Origin: an uncultured bacterium
Lineage (GTDB): Bacteria; Verrucomicrobiota; Kiritimatiellia; RFP12; UBA1067
Length of the DNA: 58,291 nt
Assembly: GCA_900547945.1 (NCBI GenBank)
Contig: URIT01000005.1
Span: forward strand, 1-58,291
Direction: 5' to 3'
Below, piece by piece: positions 27,485-35,196 of this stretch. Numbering within the stretch: the stretch's first letter is position 1; the number at the start of each line of letters is the position of its first letter. The notes below the pieces were generated by a model, which did no database searches, had not been told where the DNA came from, and saw only the letters and a program-made list of their open reading frames with translations. The position numbers and the translations under genes were made by a program.

Positions 27485-30400
27485 TCAGTACTTCAGCAGA
27501 AGGTCGAGCATCTTGCGGTCCAGCTTGTGCCCCCGAAAATCTTCGTACTCCACATCGGAGCGCCCGGAGTCGAGGATGCCGATCGCGCCGCGCAGGTTCC
27601 ACATCGCCCAGCCCATGCCGCGCTCCTTCCAGAGGCGCAGGTAGTCCTCCAGCCAGTCGAGGACGAGCGCGTGCGGCGTGTACTTGTAGCACCCGAACTC
27701 GCCGACGAACGCGAACGTCCCCGCCGCGCACGCCTCGTCCCACGGCGCCATGAGCTTCCGATAGAGGTATTCCATGCCGGCGTCCGCATAGCGCGGCGCC
27801 GCGACGGCGGCGCCCACCGCCACGAACGGCGCCGGTGCGCCGAACCCGCGGAAGTCCTGCACGAAGTTGACGGGCCTGCACCAGTCGGCGCCGAAGGCCA
27901 GCGCGGCGGCGTGCGCGCCCGCCGTCACCGTCAGCGTCTCCGGCGTCGCCCAGTCGCCCTCGACGATCCGCACCTCAAGGCCGCGCGCCCCCTGCGGCAG
28001 GGCCACCACGCTCTCCCCCCGGTAGCTCCCCTGGAAGATCTTCCACTCGGGATACCACTGCACCGACGTCCACAGCGGGCTGTTCGTCTGCGGCGCGAAC
28101 ACGTCCTCCGCCACCGTCGTCCCGTCCGCCGTGAAGCGCACCTTCACCCGTCCCGAGACGCGCCCGTAGGAGAGCCGCAGGCGGCAGGGCGGCAGGTTCG
28201 AGACGACGAGCGCCGCGTGCATCTCCCCCTTCCCGCGCCCGGCGAGGATCCCGTTCGGCGCATCCAGGCGGATCGGCCACACCGGCTTCGCCGTCGGCGT
28301 GCCGACCCAGGACGCCATATAGTGGGAGACGCTCATCGGCGTGTAGCCGCGCGTGGACTGCCCCACCCCCGGAATGCCCGCGAGCGCCTTCACCGGCCGC
28401 CGCCCCCACGACAGGCCGTCGGCGACGATGAAGCGCGCCGGGTCCTCCCGCCGGATCGCCTCGATGAGGATCTTCGCGATGCGCCCGTAGGCCGCGTCCG
28501 CCACGTTCGGCGGCTCGTTGAAGAGGTTGAAGCTCAGCTGTTCGTTCGGGATGCCCTTGTAGCGGCGGGCGAACATCGCCCAGTGCTTCGCGCACACGCG
28601 CTGCGTCTCGGGGTCCGTGAAGAGGTCCGTCTCCTCCGGCGGGCGCGCGACGGTGTAGCCGGGGGCGCGGTGCATGCAGAGGTTCACGTGGATGCCGTAC
28701 TTCCGCCCGAGCGCGACGGCGCGGTCGATGTACGCAAGGTGGTCCTCGTCGAACCGCTCCCAGTCGCCGTCCTTGATCCAGTAGCGGTAGTCCATCGGCA
28801 GGCGCGCGAAGTTGAAGCCCCAGTCGCGCATCATCTGGAAGTCCTCTTCGCGGAATTCCCTCGGCTTCGCGTTTCCGCCCTTGATGAACATCTCAAGGAG
28901 GTTGAAACCGCGCCACCGCACGGACGGACGCCACGCCGCCGCCGGGTCGAGCCCCGCCTCCAGGAGGCGCACGACGTGCCGCCCCGCGCCGACCTCCCGC
29001 ACCTGCCCCGCGAACTCGATCCGCGCCGGCGCGGGCGTCTCGACGGTCAGCACCTCGTTGTCCACCACGCTCACCTTCACGGGCCCCCGCGCCGTCGGCA
29101 CCGTGCCCGCGACGTGCTTCAGGTCCCCGACCTGCGGCGCGATGCGGATCTTTCCGAATCCCGGCTCCAGCGGCGTCACGCCGAGGACGTAGCGCGCGAG
29201 GACGTTGAGCGGCGCGGTCCCCCAGGCGTGGTTCAGGTCGAGGTTCGGCTTGTACTTCGGCGCCCACGCCTCCATCGTGATCGTCGCCCCCTGGTCGAGC
29301 ATCCCCAGCCAGGACCGGTCGCCCGTCGCCGTCATCAGGGCGAGCGCGAGGTCCGCGCGCCCCGCCTCGAAGAAGGCCTCCAACAGGTACTGCGCGAAGT
29401 AGACGCTGCACGCCATCCCGCGCGACGCGCAGAACGAGACGACCTCCCGGCGATGGGCGCGCGGCACGAGGCCGAACGCGAGCGCGGCCGCGTTCGCGTG
29501 AAGGGAGGCGTGGTCCGTCCCCTCGCCGTCGCGGTAGACGCGGCGCGCGGGGTCGAAGAAGACCTTCTGGAAGGCGGCGTGGACGGTACGGGCGTCGGCG
29601 GCGAAGGCGGCCGCGTCCGCCGTCCGTCCGAGCGCGCGCGCGATGTCCGCCATCTCCAGCAGGTTGCGGTAGTGGAAGGCGTTGACGACGGCGTTCACGT
29701 CCCGGAAGACGAAGCCGTCGCGCTCGCACGGCGGCCAGTCGACGATGTCCGCCGCGCCGCAGGCGTTCGTGAGCGCGTGGGGCAGACGCTCGCCGCCCGT
29801 GCGGAGGAGGCCGTCCGCGCGGCGGAAGCGCGTGAGCAGCTTCTCGTCCTTCAGCTGGCCGTAGAACTGCGCGAGCGCGCGCGTGTCGCCCGTCCACATC
29901 CAGTCCGCCCACGCCATCTTGATGGCGTGCTGCTTCCACTCCGTCGGCCAGGTGGGATGCGCCATGAGGTAGACGAGGCTCGCGCGGGCGAGCGAGGGGT
30001 CGGGGTGGACCGCGTAGTCGCCGAGCTGGTTCAGGTAGGCGTCCGCCTCGTAGGGGATGCGCTCGCGGTCGCCGTCCACGTAGAGCCCCGCGAAGGAGGT
30101 CGCGCGGATTGAGTGCTTGCAGAAGTCGTAGACCTTTACGAGGTCCGCGTTGTCGCAGGTGAACGCGGAGGCGGCCATGTCGATCGGGTAGTTGACCGCC
30201 ACCATGCGCACCGTCTCGCGCGTGACGGCAAACGGCGCGCGGACAACCTCGGCGTAGCGGAACGGCAAAATGACGCCATGCTCGGGCGGAATCGGGATGG
30301 CCCCGCCCTCGCGTCCGCCCGACGTGTTGCGCGCGTCCGGGGGCAGCGGCACGCGGTGGACGCCGTCCGCCGCGATCGTCCCGGCAACGCGCACGGCGCG

Positions 30401-30676
30401 GATCGTCGCCCCCGGCTTCCGCTTCACGCCCCCCTCCGGCGTCACGAGTTCGCCGAGCCACACTTCGTACGCCCCCCGCGTCCCCTTCGGGGGCGTGAAC
30501 TCCAGGAAGCCGAACGCCTCCTGCCCGAAGTCGGCGAGCGTGCCGCCCGCCGCAAGACCCTTCACCGCCACCGGCGCGACGCGCCGCTGGACGGTCTTCT
30601 TGTAGTCGGTGGGATCGTTCGCGCCGGCGCCGGCGAGCGCCGCCGCCACGAGACATGCCGCAATGCAGTTTTTCAT
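27485..30676 (-). CDS. Secreted bifunctional glycoside hydrolase: GH78-like (alpha-L-rhamnosidase six-hairpin) N-terminal half + GH5-like C-terminal half
   Basis: 1063 aa. VDGDRERIPYEADAYLNQ and (alpha/alpha)6-type region. Then FNLFNEPP (acid/base NEP) and FVGEFGC (nucleophile), typical of GH5. Confidence 0.75.
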   Translation of the reverse strand: MKNCIAACLVAAALAGAGANDPTDYKKTVQRRVAPVAVKGLAAGGTLADFGQEAFGFLEFTPPKGTRGAYEVWLGELVTPEGGVKRKPGATIRAVRVAGTIAADGVHRVPLPPDARNTSGGREGGAIPIPPEHGVILPFRYAEVVRAPFAVTRETVRMVAVNYPIDMAASAFTCDNADLVKVYDFCKHSIRATSFAGLYVDGDRERIPYEADAYLNQLGDYAVHPDPSLARASLVYLMAHPTWPTEWKQHAIKMAWADWMWTGDTRALAQFYGQLKDEKLLTRFRRADGLLRTGGERLPHALTNACGAADIVDWPPCERDGFVFRDVNAVVNAFHYRNLLEMADIARALGRTADAAAFAADARTVHAAFQKVFFDPARRVYRDGEGTDHASLHANAAALAFGLVPRAHRREVVSFCASRGMACSVYFAQYLLEAFFEAGRADLALALMTATGDRSWLGMLDQGATITMEAWAPKYKPNLDLNHAWGTAPLNVLARYVLGVTPLEPGFGKIRIAPQVGDLKHVAGTVPTARGPVKVSVVDNEVLTVETPAPARIEFAGQVREVGAGRHVVRLLEAGLDPAAAWRPSVRWRGFNLLEMFIKGGNAKPREFREEDFQMMRDWGFNFARLPMDYRYWIKDGDWERFDEDHLAYIDRAVALGRKYGIHVNLCMHRAPGYTVARPPEETDLFTDPETQRVCAKHWAMFARRYKGIPNEQLSFNLFNEPPNVADAAYGRIAKILIEAIRREDPARFIVADGLSWGRRPVKALAGIPGVGQSTRGYTPMSVSHYMASWVGTPTAKPVWPIRLDAPNGILAGRGKGEMHAALVVSNLPPCRLRLSYGRVSGRVKVRFTADGTTVAEDVFAPQTNSPLWTSVQWYPEWKIFQGSYRGESVVALPQGARGLEVRIVEGDWATPETLTVTAGAHAAALAFGADWCRPVNFVQDFRGFGAPAPFVAVGAAVAAPRYADAGMEYLYRKLMAPWDEACAAGTFAFVGEFGCYKYTPHALVLDWLEDYLRLWKERGMGWAMWNLRGAIGILDSGRSDVEYEDFRGHKLDRKMLDLLLKY

Positions 30677-30682
30677 GCACGC

Positions 30683-30691
30683 ATTATAGCA
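30683..30691 (-). promoter_or_regulatory. Extended -10 TGCTATAAT, 6 nt from the ATG (leaderless-type)
   Basis: The minus strand reads gattcTGCTATAATgcgtgcATGaaa. Confidence 0.6.
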
Positions 30692-30709
30692 GAATCGGCG
30701 TCCCGTCGC

Positions 30710-31168
30710 TCAGTGAATCTCCAGATGCACCGAAAACCGCTTCGGCGCGCCCGGGAGCGCCGTCAGCGCCCTCTTCACCTTCGGCAACTTTGCGCGGAGC
30801 GAGAAGACCTGCCCCGACGTGCGCACGTAGAGGAAGAGCCGCCCGTCCTGGTAGCGCCCCGGCTTCGCGGGGAAACCGGGGAAGAGGCGGGGCCAATGGT
30901 CGCAGACCGTGTCGAAGAACGGTTCGTGGACGTGCGTCAGCTCCTGCACGAGCGCCCCCAGCAACAGCCCCACGCGCGGCGTCTTGACGCGCAGCTCCGG
31001 CGCGTCGCCGTCCACCGGCAGCCCTGGAACCAGATGGTCCGCGAACCGGCGCCGCGCCGCACGGTCGCGCGCGAGGCGCTTCCGCTCCCGCGCGAGGTCC
31101 CCCACGGGCAACGGCTCAGGGGGTGTCGCGCCGTTCATCCGCCCCCTCCAGTTCCGCGCGCGTGCCAT
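30710..31168 (-). CDS. DUF721 (DciA-like) domain protein
   Basis: 152 aa. The C-terminal pattern GRLFLYVRTSGQVFSLRAKLPKVKRALTAL...FSVHLEIH resembles DUF721. An alternative ATG lies at 31138. It overlaps the 3' end of the HAD gene. Confidence 0.55.
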   Translation of the reverse strand: MARARNWRGRMNGATPPEPLPVGDLARERKRLARDRAARRRFADHLVPGLPVDGDAPELRVKTPRVGLLLGALVQELTHVHEPFFDTVCDHWPRLFPGFPAKPGRYQDGRLFLYVRTSGQVFSLRAKLPKVKRALTALPGAPKRFSVHLEIH

Positions 31169-31730
31169 AGCCCCACGTGCAGCCGATCGTATAAAGTCCC
31201 GCCGCCTTCCCCGCCTCCACGTCGCCGCGCGTGTCGCCCACCATCACGGCGTCCGCCGGGTCGATGCCGCGTTCGGCGAGGACGCGCGCGAGGAGCGCCG
31301 CCTTCGTCAGCTTCTCCCCCGCGTACATGTCGAACGCATAGTACCCGTCGAAGAGGTCTTCCCACCCCATCTTGCGCATCAGCGCCCCCATCGGACTGTA
31401 GCGCTTGTTCGTCGCGACGTAGAGATGGCACCCCTTCGCCTTGAGCGCCGCGAGCCACGCGGGCACCCAGGGATACGGCTTCGTTTCGGGGAAGCCGCCC
31501 TGATCGTAGCAGGTCTTGAAGCGCGCGCGGATCTGCTCCACCAATTCCGGCGTCGCGTCGTCGAAGAGCATGTACGTCACCTGGTCGAGCGTCGGACCCG
31601 TTCGGTAGACCGCGTCGAACTGCGGGCAGTCGCGCCCCAGCTCCCGCAGTGCCGCGCGCCAGGCGCGCTTGATGTCCGCCTCCGTATCGCAGAGCGTCCC
31701 GTCGAAATCGAAGAACCAATGCCGTCTCAT
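31116..31730 (-). CDS. HAD-family phosphatase (phosphoglycolate phosphatase-like)
   Basis: 204 aa. Motif I FFDFDGTLCDT. Motif VGDTRGD. Confidence 0.8.
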   Translation of the reverse strand: MRRHWFFDFDGTLCDTEADIKRAWRAALRELGRDCPQFDAVYRTGPTLDQVTYMLFDDATPELVEQIRARFKTCYDQGGFPETKPYPWVPAWLAALKAKGCHLYVATNKRYSPMGALMRKMGWEDLFDGYYAFDMYAGEKLTKAALLARVLAERGIDPADAVMVGDTRGDVEAGKAAGLYTIGCTWGYGTRAELEGADERRDTP

Positions 31731-31734
31731 CTTT

Positions 31735-32376
31735 TTATTCCACCTCCACCGGCTTCGCCGGATTCCCGAACACCGTCTCGCCCGCGCGCACGTTCACGAG
31801 CACGACCGCGCCGATGCCCACGACCGCACCTGCGCCGACGGCGCGGCGCGGCACAATCCGCGCGCCGGGGTAGACGACCGCGCCCGCGCCAAGCGTCACG
31901 CCGCCGCCGAGCGCGCAGAGCGCGTAGACGTGCGCGAAGTCGCCCACGCGCGCGTCGTGCCCCACGACCGTGTTCTGGAAGATGCAGGCGTGGCGGCCCA
32001 CCACGGCGTCCGCCGAGACGACGGCGTTCTGCGCAACGAGCGAACCGGCGCCGATACGGACGTGGGGGCCGAGCGACGCCGAGCGGTGGACGAGCGGGAT
32101 GAACGTCGCCCCGCGCGCCGCCAGCGCGTCCACGCAGCGCCTCCGTGCGGCGACGTCCCCGAGGGCCGTGATGAACACGTCGTCCGGCGCGGGCACGTAG
32201 TCGGCGGGCGAGCCGACGACCGGCGGGTAGCCGCCGAACCCCGCGAGCGCGTCCGCGCGCGCGTCGAGGAATCCCTTCACGTCGAAGTCCGAGCCAAAGC
32301 CCACGGCCTCGCACGCGATGCCGTAGAGTTCACGCCCGAAGCCCCCCGCGCCGACGATGACGAGATGCCGCTTCAT
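31735..32376 (-). CDS. NeuD/PglD-family sugar N-/O-acyltransferase (left-handed beta-helix)
   Basis: ORF 31735..32547, with the start at MKRHLVIVGAGGFGRELY (32376). Hexapeptide repeats in the C-terminal half. Confidence 0.8.
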   Translation of the reverse strand: MKRHLVIVGAGGFGRELYGIACEAVGFGSDFDVKGFLDARADALAGFGGYPPVVGSPADYVPAPDDVFITALGDVAARRRCVDALAARGATFIPLVHRSASLGPHVRIGAGSLVAQNAVVSADAVVGRHACIFQNTVVGHDARVGDFAHVYALCALGGGVTLGAGAVVYPGARIVPRRAVGAGAVVGIGAVVLVNVRAGETVFGNPAKPVEVE

Positions 32377-33113
32377 GCGAGGCTGCGCCCCCCGTCGGCA
32401 ACGAGGCACTGCCCCGTGATCCAGGACGATGCCGCCCCCAGAAGGAAACCGACCGCGTCCGCCACCTGTTCCGGCGTGCCGAACCCGAGCGGATAGCACG
32501 CCCGCTCCGCCGCGATCCGCTCCGGCGTCATCCCCAGCGCCCGCCACGTCCCCGCCGCCAGCTCCGTCTCCACGAAGCCCGGCGCCACCGCGTTCACGCG
32601 CACGCCGCGCGCGGCGAGTTCGGCGGCGGAGGACCGCACCAGCGCCTCCACCGCGCCTTTCGCCGCCGCGTAGGCCGCGTTCCCCGCCGCGCCCGTGCGG
32701 CAGGCGAGGGACGAGAGAAGCACGCAGGACGTGCCCGCGACATGGTTCGGCGCCTTGCCGAGCCAGCCCATGAAGCGCATCGGGAAAAGGACGTGGAGCG
32801 CATAGAGCCGCTGCGCCGCGTCCGTCTCCACGAGCGAGAGGGGCGCCAGCCGGTTGAAGCCCGCGCAGTGGACGAACCCGCGCACCGCGCCGAAGTCCTC
32901 CTTTACAGCCCGCGCCACCGCCTCGACGGCATCCGACCGCTCCAGGTCGACGGCCGCGAAGCGCGCGTGCGGCGCGTCGCCGCAGAGGGCGCGCAGGCGG
33001 TCCACGTTCCGCGCGACGGCAAGCACCGCCTCCCCGCGCGCAATGAGCCGCCGCGCGACAACCTCGCCGATGCCGCCCGAGGCCCCGGTCACGACCGTGC
33101 AGGCTCCGCTCAC
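32373..33113 (-). CDS. Short-chain dehydrogenase/reductase (FabG-like)
   Basis: ORF 32373..33242. The GTG start at 33113 (VSGACTVVTGASGGIG) forms a GTGA overlap with the ACP stop. NAAYAAAKGA (YxxxK). Confidence 0.8.
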   Translation of the reverse strand: MSGACTVVTGASGGIGEVVARRLIARGEAVLAVARNVDRLRALCGDAPHARFAAVDLERSDAVEAVARAVKEDFGAVRGFVHCAGFNRLAPLSLVETDAAQRLYALHVLFPMRFMGWLGKAPNHVAGTSCVLLSSLACRTGAAGNAAYAAAKGAVEALVRSSAAELAARGVRVNAVAPGFVETELAAGTWRALGMTPERIAAERACYPLGFGTPEQVADAVGFLLGAASSWITGQCLVADGGRSLA

Positions 33114-33337
33114 GCCGTCACCCCGGCGAACGCGGCCAGGTCGGCGACCGTCTCCAAGTGCGCGAAATCTCCGGCCGCGACAGGCCGCCCGTAGCGCTGC
33201 TCCAGCATCACCGCGAGCGCGAACCCCGTGAGCGATCCCCACAGCGGAACGGCGCGGAAGGCATCTCCCGGCTTCACCTCGGGCACTTCCAGCACCTCTG
33301 CCACCTGTTCGAGAAACTCCTGCATCGACTTGTCCAT
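33110..33337 (-). CDS. Acyl/peptidyl carrier protein-like
   Basis: ORF 33110..33397, with the start at MDKSMQEFLEQV (33337), 7 nt after a -10 box. The candidate phosphopantetheine site is LWGSLTGFAL (a GSL variant of DSL). Confidence 0.6.
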   Translation of the reverse strand: MDKSMQEFLEQVAEVLEVPEVKPGDAFRAVPLWGSLTGFALAVMLEQRYGRPVAAGDFAHLETVADLAAFAGVTA

Positions 33338-33344
33338 GCGCGCC

Positions 33345-33353
33345 ATTCTACCA
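33345..33353 (-). promoter_or_regulatory. Extended -10 TGGTAGAAT, 7 nt from the ATG (leaderless-type) of the ACP cluster
   Basis: The minus strand reads ggcgtgTGGTAGAATggcgcgcATGgac. Confidence 0.5.
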
Positions 33354-33375
33354 CACGCCCCCCGCCTCGGCAAGC

Positions 33376-33413
33376 CGCAGAAGCAGAAACCGGACACGGT
33401 TCCCCGTGCCCGG
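33376..33413 (-). terminator. Rho-independent terminator-like hairpin just upstream of the ACP promoter
   Basis: The minus strand reads CCGGGCACGG-GGAA-CCGTGTCCGG (10 bp, one G-U) followed by TTTCTGCTTCTG. Confidence 0.5.
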
Positions 33414-33651
33414 TCTCCTCGCCTTGCGGCGGTGACGCGCGTTGCCGCGCATCGTAAAAAACGTCGTCACCTGTCTCCGTCGTCTCCGTCAGCGGCCCGA
33501 GCGTATCCTCGTCTGTCAGCAGAAGAGCCGTAATTGTTGATGAATTACGATGATCGCCCGCTATCGCGCATTCGGAAAGACATCGATCGGCATCGACTTC
33601 CGAAGGCCCCACCGGCAAGAACCGACAAGACCTTCCTGAATTTCCGTCTCC

Positions 33652-33662
33652 AGTTTACCACA
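33652..33662 (-). promoter_or_regulatory. Promoter-like TTGCAC-18-TGTGGTAAACT with no obvious gene behind it
   Basis: The minus strand reads cgcccTTGCACgccgcccgccgtatgTGGTAAACTggagacgg. The -10 variant is the same as at the tRNA-Val promoter. Confidence 0.4.
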
Positions 33663-33692
33663 TACGGCGGGCGGCGTGCAAGGGCGAAAATC

Positions 33693-33723
33693 GGTTCTAG
33701 GTTTTAGGTTTTAGCTTTTAGGG
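33693..33723. repeat. Tandem heptamer array (GGTTTTA-like) x4
   Basis: The plus strand reads GGTTCTA GGTTTTA GGTTTTA GCTTTTA GGG, directly abutting REP-like fragment D and the stop of the 33736 gene. Confidence 0.85.
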
Positions 33724-33736
33724 AGGGACGCGCTCC
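33721..33736. repeat. REP-like element, fragment D (GGGAGGGACGCGCTCC only)
   Basis: A 16-nt block identical to the left ends of copies A (35029) and B (36344). Confidence 0.7.
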
Positions 33737-34755
33737 TACGGGAGGAGGTCGTAGTCGACCCTGTCCGGGCCGAGGTTCGTCTTCCGGTCCCATTCGAGGT
33801 TCCGGTCGAGCGGCGTCGGGTTGAGGTAGTAGAGGAACTTGACGCCGCAGACGATGAAGTTGTACCCCGTGTACATGAGGATGTCGCCGTAGATCTTCCC
33901 GTAGTAGGCTTCGACGATGCGGCCCCTGTCGTCGCGGCGCGTCCGGATGCGGAAGCAGAAGCAGCGGTTCTCGTCGTAGCTGCCCACGTACTCAAGCTTC
34001 CTGTTCCGTCCCGTCCAGCAGAGGTAGTCCGGGCGGTAGCCGTCCTCCGGCGCCGTGCGGATCCTCAGACGGAGGTTGGGCGCCGGATTGGACTCCACGA
34101 GGCCATTGCCCTCCCCGGGAAACCGTACCGCCATGGAGTCCCTGAAGGACGTTCCCCTGACATCGGAATCGTTCATTCCCGAGCCCAAATCCTCGTGGGG
34201 GAGGCGGGCGAACTCGATGTCCGCGACCTTCCCCTCCCCGAACGGCGGCAGCCAATCCCCGGCCATGAGGTCGAGCGCGAACCGGCCGCCGTTGACGTCG
34301 GCGATCTCGCGCTTGACGTCAAGCTTGCAGGCCTTCACGAACAGGGGGATGGGGCGCTCCACGCGCTGGAGGCGGATCGTCGCGACCAGGTTGTCCGGCT
34401 GCCAGATCCCGAGAAGGTTCTTGCGCCTAAACGACCAGCCCTCACCATAGCGCGGACGATAGAAGCCGGGCGGGGCCTCCCTAACCGAGACGCCCGCCTC
34501 TCCAATGTTGGTCCTTCCGCGCAGTCGGCAGAACCCGTTGACATCCGTCCGAGCAAAACTCTCGTTCGGCAGAGGCGCGCCCTTGACGGCCAACCAGCCC
34601 CAATGATTGTCAAATCCACCACGGACAAGGACATTCTTCAGTGGCTCGCCCGTCCAGCCATCTACGACGAACGCCCCGACCTTTGCCAGATCCGCGTTGG
34701 ACTGGTACATGGACAACAACCCCAAAACAACGACTGCGCCTTTTACAGTTTTCAT
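33736..34755 (-). CDS. Secreted hypothetical protein with an N-terminal carboxypeptidase-regulatory-like beta-sandwich look
   Basis: ORF 33736..34761 starts at a GTG. I prefer the ATG at 34755 (MKTVKGAVVVLGLLSMYQSNA), with a GGAAGGAGA SD. VVDGWTGEPLKNVLV...RTDVNGFCRL. GC is lower than in the flanks. Confidence 0.6.
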   Translation of the reverse strand: MKTVKGAVVVLGLLSMYQSNADLAKVGAFVVDGWTGEPLKNVLVRGGFDNHWGWLAVKGAPLPNESFARTDVNGFCRLRGRTNIGEAGVSVREAPPGFYRPRYGEGWSFRRKNLLGIWQPDNLVATIRLQRVERPIPLFVKACKLDVKREIADVNGGRFALDLMAGDWLPPFGEGKVADIEFARLPHEDLGSGMNDSDVRGTSFRDSMAVRFPGEGNGLVESNPAPNLRLRIRTAPEDGYRPDYLCWTGRNRKLEYVGSYDENRCFCFRIRTRRDDRGRIVEAYYGKIYGDILMYTGYNFIVCGVKFLYYLNPTPLDRNLEWDRKTNLGPDRVDYDLLP

Positions 34756-35028
34756 ATTCACAACCAGTCTCCTTCCTAGTTCGAATTCTTCCCGACAAGC
34801 CTGTCAAACAACCCATACACGAAGAAATAGGCCACGTTCTTGAAGTCGGAGTGTTCCCAGATGCGATTTCCATTCCTGTTGGTCCTCGGCCACTTGTCCG
34901 CGTTCGCAATGCAGTCGGCATCCAGCCGGACGTTGCCGTTCGCGCCAAACGCGCTGATGTGGTTCGCCCCTGCGGCGCCGTCCACGCCCTGAAGGGTCCC
35001 GGAGAGGTCGGGGCCCGCCAGGACAAAC

Positions 35029-35196
35029 GGGAGGGACGCGCTCCTGCGCGTCCGCGCCCCCTGCGCGCCATCCCAGGCCGCAACACGTTGCGGCCCACCC
35101 GCCCCCATCCCCTTCGGCTCCGTACGCGATGTACCCGCGCCGTCCCGGCACGGGACGTCCGAACGGAGGCGTTCCCGTCCACACTACCCCCATTCG
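35029..35196. repeat. REP-like element copy A (two GC hairpins plus a conserved 3' block)
   Basis: Hairpins GGACGCGC-TCCT-GCGCGTCC (35034-35053) and GGCCGCAAC-AC-GTTGCGGCC (35076-35095). The block gtccgaacggaggcgttcccgtccaca is shared with copy B. Confidence 0.8.

Noticed and set aside
33274-33618. 114-aa minus-strand ORF in the spacer upstream of the ACP cluster.
   Set aside because: It has no SD or sensible start context and an implausible composition. It spans the terminator hairpin and the ACP promoter and runs into the ACP gene out of frame. The region is better explained as noncoding RNA or leader.
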